NCBI GenBank assembly: GCA_963675915.1
Contig: OY780959.1
Coordinates: 1,260,001-1,292,000, forward strand
DNA: 32,000 nucleotides
DNA from: Coprobacillaceae bacterium
GTDB lineage: Bacteria > Bacillota_I > Bacilli_A > Erysipelotrichales > Coprobacillaceae
Reading direction: 5' to 3'
The notes under the pieces were generated by a model, which ran no database searches, was not told where the DNA came from, and worked only from the letters and a program-made list of their open reading frames with translations. The number at the start of each line of letters is the position of its first letter. Positions within the stretch are counted from its first letter, which is position 1. The position numbers and the translations under genes are program-made. Shown piece by piece: positions 17,037-26,361 of this stretch.

Positions 17037-17858
17037 TTGTATAAAATAATCGCATGCGACTTAGATGAAACATTATTGAGTTCCGACCGCACGGTGTCTC
17101 AAAAAAATATCGAGGCCATTCACAAGGCTGACGAACTGGGAGTAAAATTCGTTTTGGCGACCGGAAGAGGATTTAGAACCGTCGGGGGAACCTTAAAAGA
17201 AGTCGGACTATACGAAAAAGAAAATGAATATGTGATTTCATTCAATGGCGGAGCTATCACTGAAAACAAAGGCAGCCGATTATTGCATTTTGAAGGGATT
17301 CCCTTCGAATTTGCCGAAGAAATCTTTAACCGGGGAATGAACTACGATGTCTGCATCCATGTCTATACCCAGGATGTCGTTTATGTATATAACGTCTGTG
17401 ACGATGAGGTAAACTACCTGTCAGGCCGAATGGACTTCGTGGAAATCAAAGAAGACAATATCGACTTTCTTAAAGGTACCGAAATTGTCAAATGCCTGTA
17501 CATGAACCGCGATATCACCTACCTCAACAAGATTGAAGAAGATCTTAAAGACATCACCGGGGAAGCCGATGTCAGCTACTCAAGCAACCGTTATATCGAG
17601 TTCAACAAAAAAGGGGTCAACAAGGGGGCCGGTCTGCTTTCTCTAGCCAAACTGTTAGGAGTCAAGCAGGAAGAAACCATCGCCATCGGGGACAACCTCA
17701 ATGACCTGGCAATGATCAAGGCTGCCGGACTTGGAATCGGGGTTGCCAATGTGGTCGATAAAATGCGCGATGACTGTGACTACATCACCCAAGCGGATCA
17801 TGATCATGATGCTATCGCCGAAGTAATTGAAAAATTCATCCTGAATCCTCAGGATTAA
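17037..17858 (+). CDS. Cof-type HAD-IIB family hydrolase (sugar phosphatase-like)
   Basis: HAD motif I (IIACDLDETLL), motif II (VLATGR), and motifs III/IV (KGVNKG ... IAIGDNLNDLAM). TTG start 7 nt after AGGAGGG. Confidence 0.9.
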   Translation: MYKIIACDLDETLLSSDRTVSQKNIEAIHKADELGVKFVLATGRGFRTVGGTLKEVGLYEKENEYVISFNGGAITENKGSRLLHFEGIPFEFAEEIFNRGMNYDVCIHVYTQDVVYVYNVCDDEVNYLSGRMDFVEIKEDNIDFLKGTEIVKCLYMNRDITYLNKIEEDLKDITGEADVSYSSNRYIEFNKKGVNKGAGLLSLAKLLGVKQEETIAIGDNLNDLAMIKAAGLGIGVANVVDKMRDDCDYITQADHDHDAIAEVIEKFILNPQD

Positions 17859-17861
17859 AAA

Positions 17862-17917
17862 AAGGATAACCGCCAGCCAAGACCTTCGGGTTTTGATTTG
17901 AACGGTTATCTTTTTTA
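17862..17917. terminator. probable bidirectional terminator region
   Basis: GATAACCG ... CGGTTATC outer stem enclosing a smaller AAGACC-TTCG-GGTTTT hairpin, flanked by an A-run and a T-run between convergent genes. Confidence 0.4.
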
Positions 17918-18247
17918 CAATACATATTGAATCAAAACCATGTAGACCAGGGTTCCCGAAGCGATCGACAGCAGGACATTGCCCTTGAAATGGTGAACCA
18001 GAACTATCACCCCAATGGCAATCAACTCGCCTAGCGGCCCGGGATAATCGGTCAAGTCGACATTACGCAAACAGTATACTACCAGCAGGCCCATCATTGC
18101 CGCTGGAAGTTTCGCCCCCAGATAGCCAATCAGCTTGGGGGTGTTTTTGTTATCCGGAAAAAGCAAGAATGGCGTAAAGCGGGTAATCATCGTTCCCAGG
18201 GCGATAACCAGGATGAGCGCCAGGGTCTGGATTGTTGTCAGGTGCAT
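17915..18247 (-). CDS. AzlD family branched-chain amino acid transport protein
   Basis: 110-aa hydrophobic protein immediately downstream of, and overlapping by 10 nt, an AzlC-like gene. This is the typical AzlCD pairing. Confidence 0.75.
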   Translation of the reverse strand: MHLTTIQTLALILVIALGTMITRFTPFLLFPDNKNTPKLIGYLGAKLPAAMMGLLVVYCLRNVDLTDYPGPLGELIAIGVIVLVHHFKGNVLLSIASGTLVYMVLIQYVL

Positions 18248-18939
18248 GATTTCCTCCTTATCAACAGCAAGACCGCCAAGATCAAAATCATTGAAGGAAT
18301 CACCATATTATTTGATTGGAACAGGCCCAAGGCGATGATTGAACAGCCAAAACCGATCAGACCGGGCAGCCGATTGGCGCTTTTTTTGAGCTGTTCCATG
18401 AAAAGGACCACGAAAAGTGCCGTCAAGACAAAATCCAGGCCTTCAAGATTGAACGTTACCAACCTGCCGACCCAACCACCCAGAAAACTGCCCAGGACCC
18501 AGTAGAGATAGTCCAACAGGGTGATGCCCAAATAGAAATGTTTCTTGGCCATCCCGGCCGGTGGATTGAGGCTGGAAACGAGCGAAAAGGTTTCATCGCA
18601 CAGCGCAAAAATCAAAAAGAAGCGCCCTTTTTTGATCCCCCGGTACTTGTCAAGCATCGAAAGGCCATAGAAAAGATGCCGAGCATTGACCATCAGACTG
18701 AGCAAAAAAGCCGTCAGCGGATCAAACGCAGTGGTCAGAAAAGTTATCGCCACAAACTGCATGCTTCCCCCAAAAGCAATGGCACTCATCAGCAGCGACC
18801 AAACCGGACCATAACCATTGGCTTCCATCAACATTCCATAAGCCAGGCCCAAAAATAAAAATCCGGTCAATACCGGAACAGTATGGGGAAATGCCGCTGC
18901 GATTCCCCGAAGATACTGATTTTCCCTTAGTTTTATCAT
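18238..18939 (-). CDS. AzlC family amino acid exporter subunit
   Basis: 233-aa polytopic protein with an AzlC-like pattern (PVLTGFLFLGLAYGMLM ... NARHLFYGLSM ... TDETF-like CDETFSL). AAGGGGAAATATC RBS. Confidence 0.8.
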   Translation of the reverse strand: MIKLRENQYLRGIAAAFPHTVPVLTGFLFLGLAYGMLMEANGYGPVWSLLMSAIAFGGSMQFVAITFLTTAFDPLTAFLLSLMVNARHLFYGLSMLDKYRGIKKGRFFLIFALCDETFSLVSSLNPPAGMAKKHFYLGITLLDYLYWVLGSFLGGWVGRLVTFNLEGLDFVLTALFVVLFMEQLKKSANRLPGLIGFGCSIIALGLFQSNNMVIPSMILILAVLLLIRRKSCT

Positions 18940-19012
18940 GATATTTCCCCTTGAAAATTATTAAAATCATTATAGGCAAATTATCCGGAAATATCAACCT
19001 AAGTTGTGGAGT

Positions 19013-19489
19013 CTATTGGACATAAAGACTCAGATATGCTTCGAGATCGAGAAAGCAGAACTTCTCATGAGTGCAAGAGCAAAAAAACACGGTCCGGTTT
19101 TTGATAAAGGCCAGATCCCAGAGCCAATTGTACTTGTGCCTGGCGGGATGCTCGCAGTCCTTAAAATCGTAAATGTTTTTGCGACTGGTCAGATACTCAT
19201 AGGTCTGCCGGGTGAACTTGAAATAGAGCAGCAGCATTTCGGGTCCCTGGGTCACCGGTGTGGCAGCCGTATACTCGAAGTCGACAACGTCCGGGGCCAG
19301 AAAACCCCACTTGGATTTATTGAAGTCGTCGATATTTTTGATGTTTTGATCATGTTCATTCACATAAGTGGCCAACACGAACATATCGCAGTAATCGACC
19401 ATCTTGAAAATGAACTCCCGGTATAGAAGCGGATCGGTCAGACCGTTGAAATCAATCATTTCATTTTTGGTTATTTGAGCTTTTTTCAC
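19013..19489 (-). CDS. hypothetical protein (no family recognised)
   Basis: ORF open from 19510. I favour the GTG at 19489 (AAAGGGGAAGAAA upstream), giving 158 aa; the TTG at 19510 gives 165 aa. Soluble, Cys/His-rich C-terminal half (DCEH ... CSCTHEKFC). No motif I can assign. Confidence 0.5.
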   Translation of the reverse strand: MKKAQITKNEMIDFNGLTDPLLYREFIFKMVDYCDMFVLATYVNEHDQNIKNIDDFNKSKWGFLAPDVVDFEYTAATPVTQGPEMLLLYFKFTRQTYEYLTSRKNIYDFKDCEHPARHKYNWLWDLAFIKNRTVFFCSCTHEKFCFLDLEAYLSLYVQ

Positions 19490-19645
19490 TTTCTTCCCCT
19501 TTCTTTTCAAACTCGCTTTTTTATAGTTGGATATATCTAATAATTATAAGCGACCAGGGAATACCGGACAATATTCAAATTCTTAAGATATTCTTAAAAT
19601 TGACCAATAAAGTAGGCTAACTTATTTCTAAGCTAGCCCCTTATC

Positions 19646-19678
19646 AAACCGCACATGCGCTATTAACGCATACGGCTT
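19646..19678 (-). ncRNA. group II intron domain V, copy 2
   Basis: Sequence identical to 4093-4125. Confidence 0.85.
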
Positions 19679-19716
19679 ACCAATTTACTAAATCTGATTT
19701 TATGAATGATTATAGT

Positions 19717-21141
19717 CTACTTGCTAAAAGAGTAGGCTATTTTTGTGAATTTTTGTTTTGTGTATCTTTTAGTTCCCAATTTTCTGTCGCTTTCGGCATT
19801 TTTCTTTGCGCGAGTTCTATTTTTGCTCTGTTGATTTTGGACATAAATTTCAATCGGATAGTCATACATAACATTGAAATAATACCAATTTGCCGGTTTC
19901 AAACCTATCAGTGCGAAGAATTTGAGATTCCATTTCACATTCATTCCAGATGCCCTCCTGATTGTCGGGTGTTTATGCAACATGCACATCCGCAATCTAT
20001 GCCGGATATACTGATCAATTTTATTGAGCTTCCATCCCATTATCTTGATATTACACCGGGTTTTGTAATTGTGCTTCTTGAATATTTCCAGTGCTTTGTA
20101 GACATTCAGGTAATAATTGACTTTTCCGACTATAATCGGGTTAAGCATGCTTACCCATTTATCCTGAGAAAATGTCCACTTTCTTTGCGTCTTATCCTTG
20201 ATTTTCTTTTTGAAGTCTTTGAGTGAATTGGCGTTGGGAACTATGAAATAGTAGTCTTCACCTTTCTTGTTTTTCCTCCAGTGTTTGAAGTCAAATCCAA
20301 GAAATGTAAAATCATCATTTTTAAAGTCTACCACTTTGGTTTTGTCCATAGCCATTTCCAATCCCAATGATTGAATCACTTCTCTGGCTATCTTTCCTGC
20401 CCGCTCAATTTCTTCTTCTGTTTTCGCAAACAGGAGAAAATCATCGGCATAACGCACGAAGTGAATCTTTGCCTCGTGCAACTTCCAATCCAGTTCGTTC
20501 AGGTAGATGTTTGCAAGTAGAGGTGAAATAACGCCACCTTGCGGTGTTCCACTTTTGCTTTGCATATGTTTGCCGTCTTCCATGTATCCCGCTTTGAGCC
20601 ATGACCAAATCAAATCAAGAACAGTCCCATCAGCGATGCATTTATTCAATACCTTCATCAACTTTTTATGGGGAATGTTATCGAAGAACCCTTTGATATC
20701 ACAATCGTATATCCAGTTTCTTCCTTCCTCGATGTTCTTGATGATAATCTGCATGGCACTGTCGACACCACGATTCGGGCGGTAGCCAACTGACCAGTGA
20801 TGGAATATTCCTGCCTCATATTTTGGGGTTAGGATATTGGTCAACACCTGCTGAACTATCCGATCTTTGACTATTGGTATTCCCAATGGTCTTCTCTTTC
20901 CGTTTTTCTTAGGGATATATACTCGCCTTACAGGGGTTGGTCTATATTCCTTTAATCTCAGTTCTTCCAGTAGCTTGTCCAGATTGTCTTGTTCATTTTC
21001 CATGAAGCGTTCAATGGTTACCCCATCAATCCCTCCACTTCCATGATTTGCTTTTACCTGCTTCCATGCTTCTAGTATTTTCCTGTCCTGGAGTATTTGT
21101 CCATACAGAGAATGCCACTTCAATTTCAACGGTTCATTCAT
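19717..21141 (-). CDS. ltrA: group II intron reverse transcriptase/maturase (no endonuclease domain)
   Basis: 474 aa with intact YADD. Only 2 substitutions relative to copy 1 in the first ~345 aa (I->T in RPIPV, T->N in VPTANS), but many in the last ~125 aa. Confidence 0.95.
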   Translation of the reverse strand: MNEPLKLKWHSLYGQILQDRKILEAWKQVKANHGSGGIDGVTIERFMENEQDNLDKLLEELRLKEYRPTPVRRVYIPKKNGKRRPLGIPIVKDRIVQQVLTNILTPKYEAGIFHHWSVGYRPNRGVDSAMQIIIKNIEEGRNWIYDCDIKGFFDNIPHKKLMKVLNKCIADGTVLDLIWSWLKAGYMEDGKHMQSKSGTPQGGVISPLLANIYLNELDWKLHEAKIHFVRYADDFLLFAKTEEEIERAGKIAREVIQSLGLEMAMDKTKVVDFKNDDFTFLGFDFKHWRKNKKGEDYYFIVPNANSLKDFKKKIKDKTQRKWTFSQDKWVSMLNPIIVGKVNYYLNVYKALEIFKKHNYKTRCNIKIMGWKLNKIDQYIRHRLRMCMLHKHPTIRRASGMNVKWNLKFFALIGLKPANWYYFNVMYDYPIEIYVQNQQSKNRTRAKKNAESDRKLGTKRYTKQKFTKIAYSFSK

Positions 21142-21785
21142 AATTTCAAACCTCTCTTTCTATTTATCGTTCTTTGAATTCGTTTGTACCTAAGTACCGT
21201 CATTCTTACCATTACGATTAAACAAAGTAAGAATTGTAAAAGGTCAATCCCCTTCGCTTCGCCAAACGTTTGGTCGCATGACTACTTCACTACTATGAGA
21301 TTGTCTGACTCCTCTTCATACAACCATCACTTCGAATGACTCTTATAGATGATTATCCTTTCGGTGGATGAAGAGGTCTCACAGGGTCATCAACTACGCC
21401 CTTGTTGACATGCCAATCACCTTCACAATGGAGTGCCGGCATATTCGACTGGTTCTTAGAATATGTCGTGAATAGACTTCCGCACCTTTCGCAACGTCGT
21501 CACCTTCTCCACTGCCGCAACATGTGATTCACTTTTCGTTTCGGCCTGCCAACTCATCTACAGGTCTCTCGACTACTGCGTCTCCTTCAAACACAATCTC
21601 ACGATTATGCCCTAGACTAGATTTCCCGAATAGCACCAGTGCGCACGGGGTAGGATTTGTACCTACGGGGTTTCCCTATTCCATGATATTTACTGTATTG
21701 ATAGCTAACTATTACAGGAACTCATTTATAAAAGGAAAATGCCATGTACCTGTATACATGGCATCTAAGCGACTGCCTGTCGCAC

Positions 21786-21811
21786 AAAGGCCGGAATCCT
21801 GGGATTCCGGC
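21786..21811 (-). terminator. Rho-independent terminator of the ABC exporter operon; insertion target of intron copy 2
   Basis: Minus strand GCCGGAATCC-CA-GGATTCCGGC hairpin starting 4 nt after the TAA stop (21816-21818), then C TTT, followed directly by the intron GTGCG. Confidence 0.8.
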
Positions 21812-21815
21812 TTGT

Positions 21816-23654
21816 TTATATTTGAATTCCCCGGTATTGGCTTTGGCACAACGTAGCATAAAAGCCCGCTGCTTCAAGCAAATCACTGTGGTTGCCCCGC
21901 TCGATAATTTCACCATCTTTGAGCACCAGAATCTCATCGGCGTTGCGGATGGTGCTAAGACGGTGGGCGATAATGAATGTGGTCTTGCCCGCCATCAGCT
22001 TGAGCATCGCTTCCTGGATATGCTTCTCGGTCTGGGTATCGATTGAAGAGGTCGCTTCATCAAGAATCAAGATGGCTGACTGAGCCAGAACCGCCCGGGC
22101 AATCGCCAAGAGCTGCCGCTGACCTTGGGAAAGATTGGCCCCGTTGCCAGAAAGCACCGTATTATAACCTTCAGGCAGTTGCATGACGAACTGATGGGCG
22201 TTGGCAATCTTGGCTGCGGCAATGATTTCGTCATCGCTGGCATCAAGCCGGCCGTACCGGATATTCTGGCCAATCGATTCATTGAACAGAAAGGTATCCT
22301 GAAGGACCATGGCGACACTGCGCCGCAGGCCTCTTTTATCATACTCCCCGATATTGCAAGAATCGATCGCAATTGTGCCGGAATCGACATCATAGAACCG
22401 GGTCAGCAAATTGACAATTGTCGTCTTGCCCGAGCCGGTCGGTCCGACAATGGCCGTCACTTTACCCGGATGGGCGAACAGACTGATATCTTTGAGAATC
22501 GGCGTGTTTTGACGATAGGAAAAGTTGACATGACTGAGTTCAACCTCACCCTTAAGATCATACTCTATCTTGGTTTGGCTGTCATAATCCTCCTTGGTCT
22601 CATCGATAACTTCGAATACCCGTTGGGCCCCCGCCAAAGCCGCCTGAACCGTGTTGAAAGTCCCCATCAGCTGATTTAGCGGTCGGACGAAATTGCGCAT
22701 GTAGATAATGAAAGTGAAGATCACCCCGATGGTGATGTCCCCATGGGCGATATAGAGATAAGCTCCGACCACCGCCACAATGAAGTAGGTCAGATTGTTG
22801 ATCATATTGTTTACCGGACCCAATGTCCCCGAAATGGCCTGGGAAAGAGCGGCGGTTTCCTTGAGTTTTTGGTTCATCGTTGCAAATTCCTGCTTGGCCT
22901 CCTCTTCCTTGTTGAACAGGAGCACCAGTTTCTGACCGGAGATTCTTTCTTCGATATAACCGTTGAGGCGACCCAGCTGCTTTTGTTGCTGGACAAAATA
23001 AGGTTGGGCTTTTTTGATCACAAACCGGCTGGCCAGCATCACCAAAGGCAAAGTGACCATTCCAGCTCCAAAAAGGATCGGGCTGATAATCAGCATCGCC
23101 ACCGACATCCCCACAATATTGACCACCCCGGTGAAAAGCTGGGTGATGCTTTGAGAAAGCGTCATATTGATATTGTCGACATCATTGGTTATCCGACTCA
23201 TCAAGTCGCCGCTGGAGTGAGTATCATAATAACTGATTGAAAGTCGCTGAAGATTCAGGTAAAGATCTTTCCGGATTGCCGCCGAGGTCATTTGGGCCAC
23301 TTTGACCATCAACCGGTTCTGGATGAAGGTCGAGACTACACCGATGATATAGATAGCCGCAATCACCAGACAGATTCTCATCAAACCGGACATGTCTCCG
23401 GTCTGGATATAATTGTCAATGGTGTAGCCGTTGAGACGGGTGGCGACAATCGCCACCAGTGCGGTTACCATGCAGAGGGCAAAGGTGACTACCAGGGCTG
23501 CCTTGGAGGTTTTCATGTAGCCAAGCATTCTAAGCAGGGTTGCTTTGGGATTATCAAGTTTGACCTTTTCCCGGTTCATCCGAGCCATCGGACCATGACC
23601 GCTGCCTGGTCCCCGACCCGGTCCCATCTGCATCATTGGATTTTGATTAGCCAT
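21816..23654 (-). CDS. ABC transporter ATP-binding/permease protein (heterodimeric exporter, consensus-site subunit)
   Basis: 612 aa with a 6-TM exporter domain plus an NBD. Motifs: Walker A GPTGSGKTT, Walker B ILILDEATSSID, H-loop IIAHRLST, and a deviant signature LSQGQ. Overlaps the upstream gene by 8 nt. Confidence 0.9.
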   Translation of the reverse strand: MANQNPMMQMGPGRGPGSGHGPMARMNREKVKLDNPKATLLRMLGYMKTSKAALVVTFALCMVTALVAIVATRLNGYTIDNYIQTGDMSGLMRICLVIAAIYIIGVVSTFIQNRLMVKVAQMTSAAIRKDLYLNLQRLSISYYDTHSSGDLMSRITNDVDNINMTLSQSITQLFTGVVNIVGMSVAMLIISPILFGAGMVTLPLVMLASRFVIKKAQPYFVQQQKQLGRLNGYIEERISGQKLVLLFNKEEEAKQEFATMNQKLKETAALSQAISGTLGPVNNMINNLTYFIVAVVGAYLYIAHGDITIGVIFTFIIYMRNFVRPLNQLMGTFNTVQAALAGAQRVFEVIDETKEDYDSQTKIEYDLKGEVELSHVNFSYRQNTPILKDISLFAHPGKVTAIVGPTGSGKTTIVNLLTRFYDVDSGTIAIDSCNIGEYDKRGLRRSVAMVLQDTFLFNESIGQNIRYGRLDASDDEIIAAAKIANAHQFVMQLPEGYNTVLSGNGANLSQGQRQLLAIARAVLAQSAILILDEATSSIDTQTEKHIQEAMLKLMAGKTTFIIAHRLSTIRNADEILVLKDGEIIERGNHSDLLEAAGFYATLCQSQYRGIQI

Positions 23655-25380
23655 TGGCCAGCACCCCCTCTCCCAGTTGCGCTAATGCGATATCCCGGTA
23701 CATCGGGCATTTTTCAAGCAACTGTTCATGTTTTCCCATGGCGATCACTTCGCCCTTGTCCATCACGATAATCTGATCCATCTTCATGATCGCCGATACC
23801 CGCTGGGCAATCATGATGACAGTCTGATTTGCCATCCGGCGATTCAGCGCTTCTTGAAGGTTGGCTTCGGTTTCCACATCCAGAGCACTGGTCGAATCAT
23901 CGAGAATAAGAATCTTGGGCTCCTTGATCAAAGTTCTGGCGATTGAGAGCCGTTGTTTTTGACCGCCGGAAAAATTCCGGCCTCTTTGTTCAACCAGTCC
24001 CTGATAACCGTTTTCCTTGGACATGATGAAATCATAAGCCTGGGCATCCCGGGAAATGGCATCCATTTTCTCAACTTCGAGCTCACGGTTCCCGTATTTG
24101 AGATTGTCGGAAATGGTCCCGGAAAACAGAATCGTTTCTTGAAGCACGTAGCCGATATTTTCCCTAAGTTCCTTCAATCTGAGATTTCTGATATCAACCC
24201 CGCCAAGTCTAATCGAACCCTTGGTGACATCGTAGAGACGGGAAATCAGATGAATCAAGGTGCTTTTGCCCGAACCGGTCGAGCCGATGATCCCGACTTT
24301 ATCACCGGCTGGAATCCTGAGACTGACGTTCTTGATCACATCTTCACTGGCATGGCCGAATCTAAATGAAACCTGATCGAATTCGATTTCATATCCATTA
24401 AGCTTTTGGGCATCTGTTTGATCGTAGATTGCCGGACTGGTATCGAGAACTTCATTGATCCGGTCGGTCGAAGCCTTGGCTCGCGAAAAGTTGAGGACCA
24501 GCCGGACCAGCATGATCAATGAGCCCATGATCTGAATCAGATAATTGACAAAGGCCATGATTTTACCGATTTCCAGGGTGCCCTGATTGACCATGTTCCC
24601 GCCAAACCAAAGAATTGCCACAATGGACAAATTCATGATTAAAGTGACAATCGGCCAGAGCAGCATATTGCGGTTCTGGGCAATGATGCTGTCATTCATC
24701 AGGTCATCGTTGGCAGTCGCAAACTTGTCATATTGATTTTCCTCAATGGTCAAGGCCTTGATCACCCGGACCCCGAGGATGCTTTCTTGCATAACCGTAT
24801 TGATCCGGTCGATTCTTTTTTGAACCGTAATAAAAAGCGGAAACGACTGTTTCAAGATAATCACGGTCGCGATGATCAAAAGCGGCAGAGAAATCACGAA
24901 GACCACAGAAAGCGGTGGGCTGGAAATTACCGCCATGACAATCCCCCCCAGACAAAGCAGCGGCGCCCTGACTGCGCCCCGCAGCAGCATGACCATCATT
25001 GTCTGGACCTGGGTGATGTCATTGGTCAGTCTGGTAATCAGGGATGTGGTCTTGAATTTGTCGATTTCCAGAAAGGAAAAGCTCTGGATCTTGTCAAACA
25101 AACCCTGCCGGAGATTGGCTGCCATATCGGTAGCGGCAAAGGCGGCAAAAAAACTGCACGAAGCCCCACCAATTAGACCGACCAAGGCTGCGATAATCAT
25201 CATGAATCCCGTCTGATAGACAAAACCGAGATCCTGATTGGCTATTCCCACATCGATGATGCTTTCAAGCAAGCGGGGCTGCATCAGATCCATGACTACT
25301 TCAACCATCATGGCCAAAGGGGCTAAAATCGTGAAAATGGCTGACTTGCGACCCAGGTATGTTTTCATGATTTTAAACAT
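23647..25380 (-). CDS. ABC transporter ATP-binding/permease protein (heterodimeric exporter, degenerate-site subunit)
   Basis: Motifs: Walker A GSTGSGKST, canonical signature FSGGQ, Walker B ILILDDSTSALD (Asp replaces the catalytic Glu), and H-loop IAQR (Gln replaces His). Start set at ATG 25380 (GGAGGTGGAGAAG RBS), overlapping the marR stop as ATGTTTAA. Confidence 0.9.
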   Translation of the reverse strand: MFKIMKTYLGRKSAIFTILAPLAMMVEVVMDLMQPRLLESIIDVGIANQDLGFVYQTGFMMIIAALVGLIGGASCSFFAAFAATDMAANLRQGLFDKIQSFSFLEIDKFKTTSLITRLTNDITQVQTMMVMLLRGAVRAPLLCLGGIVMAVISSPPLSVVFVISLPLLIIATVIILKQSFPLFITVQKRIDRINTVMQESILGVRVIKALTIEENQYDKFATANDDLMNDSIIAQNRNMLLWPIVTLIMNLSIVAILWFGGNMVNQGTLEIGKIMAFVNYLIQIMGSLIMLVRLVLNFSRAKASTDRINEVLDTSPAIYDQTDAQKLNGYEIEFDQVSFRFGHASEDVIKNVSLRIPAGDKVGIIGSTGSGKSTLIHLISRLYDVTKGSIRLGGVDIRNLRLKELRENIGYVLQETILFSGTISDNLKYGNRELEVEKMDAISRDAQAYDFIMSKENGYQGLVEQRGRNFSGGQKQRLSIARTLIKEPKILILDDSTSALDVETEANLQEALNRRMANQTVIMIAQRVSAIMKMDQIIVMDKGEVIAMGKHEQLLEKCPMYRDIALAQLGEGVLANG

Positions 25381-25810
25381 CTTCTCCACCTCCGGTTTCA
25401 AGATTGTCGCACAACCGGACCAGCGCGGCTAAGGTCTCCTGTTTTTGAGTTGGCGAGAAATCAGCAAAGGCGATTTCATCGACTTCCTGGTTGATTCTTT
25501 CGATCTCCTTGGCGATTGCCCGACCTTTGGCGGTAAGATAAACCTTGAGAATCCGACGGTCATTCTTACAGGCTTCCCGGCGGATAAAACCTTCATTTTC
25601 CATTCGCATCAGCAAATTGGTCACCGTCGAAGCCCGGACATGGCAGTTTTGGGCCAGCTCCCGCTGGATGCAACCATCATGGCGCTCAAGATAACTGATG
25701 ATCTTAGGCTGCCCCTTAGATAATCCAATTTTTGAAAATTTTTCGTGAACCCGCTGCCGGTGAATCGCCCGCAGGCGATGATATACTTGATAAAAACTGA
25801 CTTCTTCCAT
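25373..25810 (-). CDS. MarR family transcriptional regulator
   Basis: Winged-HTH pattern (LSKGQPKIISYLERHDGCIQRELAQNCHVRASTVTNLLMRMENEGFIRR...DRR). Start at ATG 25810, 8 nt after AAAGGAG. Confidence 0.85.
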   Translation of the reverse strand: MEEVSFYQVYHRLRAIHRQRVHEKFSKIGLSKGQPKIISYLERHDGCIQRELAQNCHVRASTVTNLLMRMENEGFIRREACKNDRRILKVYLTAKGRAIAKEIERINQEVDEIAFADFSPTQKQETLAALVRLCDNLETGGGEDV

Positions 25811-25961
25811 GGCCATCTCTCCTTTGATCACTAGTAGCCTAATCATTAGAACGCTAACAATTAGTTATATAACTATCATAGCAAGATTAACCCGGTTGCA
25901 CAAGGCAAAGTAAGATATGAAAAAAAGGAATGGCAGCGCCATTCCTCTTCAACTTCACTTC

Positions 25962-26237
25962 TCAGTCATTTTTTAAAAAAGCCTTGAGTCCCACCGTGAT
26001 TCCCATCGCACTTAAAAAGACCCCCGGTAAAAAAGTTATGATGAATAAAGCCCCATCATTGACTCGGGAAGCTTCGATTGAGAAGAGCCCCAGGCCCACT
26101 CCAAACAAAGCGAAATACAGTCCCGCCACCATCAGCTTGATGCCACTGGTTTGATTGTCGAAGCCCAAATAAAATAAAATTCCCCCAATTATCCCGAAAC
26201 CTGCTACAATCGCCATTATCAAGATTGTCAGTGACAT
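25962..26237 (-). CDS. small membrane protein (hypothetical)
   Basis: About 91 aa from ATG 26237 (AAAGGAGGCTGACTTGG upstream), with three hydrophobic helices. No family recognised. Confidence 0.5.
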   Translation of the reverse strand: MSLTILIMAIVAGFGIIGGILFYLGFDNQTSGIKLMVAGLYFALFGVGLGLFSIEASRVNDGALFIITFLPGVFLSAMGITVGLKAFLKND

Positions 26238-26334
26238 CCAAGTCAGCCTCCTTTTCGCTCTTAGTTCAAGAAAATTGTAACACATTTATTACCAGTTGTT
26301 TTAAACTTTAGGAAATCTTAAGAATTCCAAGCCA

Positions 26335-26356
26335 TAAAAAAGAGCCCGAAGGCTCT
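26335..26356 (-). terminator. Rho-independent terminator after the GH1 gene
   Basis: Minus strand GAGAGCC-TTCG-GGCTCT hairpin followed by TTTTTT, 5 nt after the stop at 26362. Confidence 0.7.
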
Positions 26357-26361
26357 CAGAA

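Larger units (their letters stand above)
19607..21785 (-). mobile_element. group II intron, copy 2 (class C-like, full length, 2179 nt)
   Basis: Same architecture as copy 1 at a constant +15553 offset. The GTGCG 5' end is at 21785, domain V at 19646-19678, and the 3' end ...CCUACUUUAU at about 19607. Confidence 0.9.

Noticed and set aside
21892-25432. Numerous plus-strand and alternative-frame ORFs across the two ABC genes and marR
   Set aside because: They are antisense to or overlap genes with complete Walker A/B and signature motifs. They lack RBS support and are rich in R/H/G/D, typical of reverse frames.
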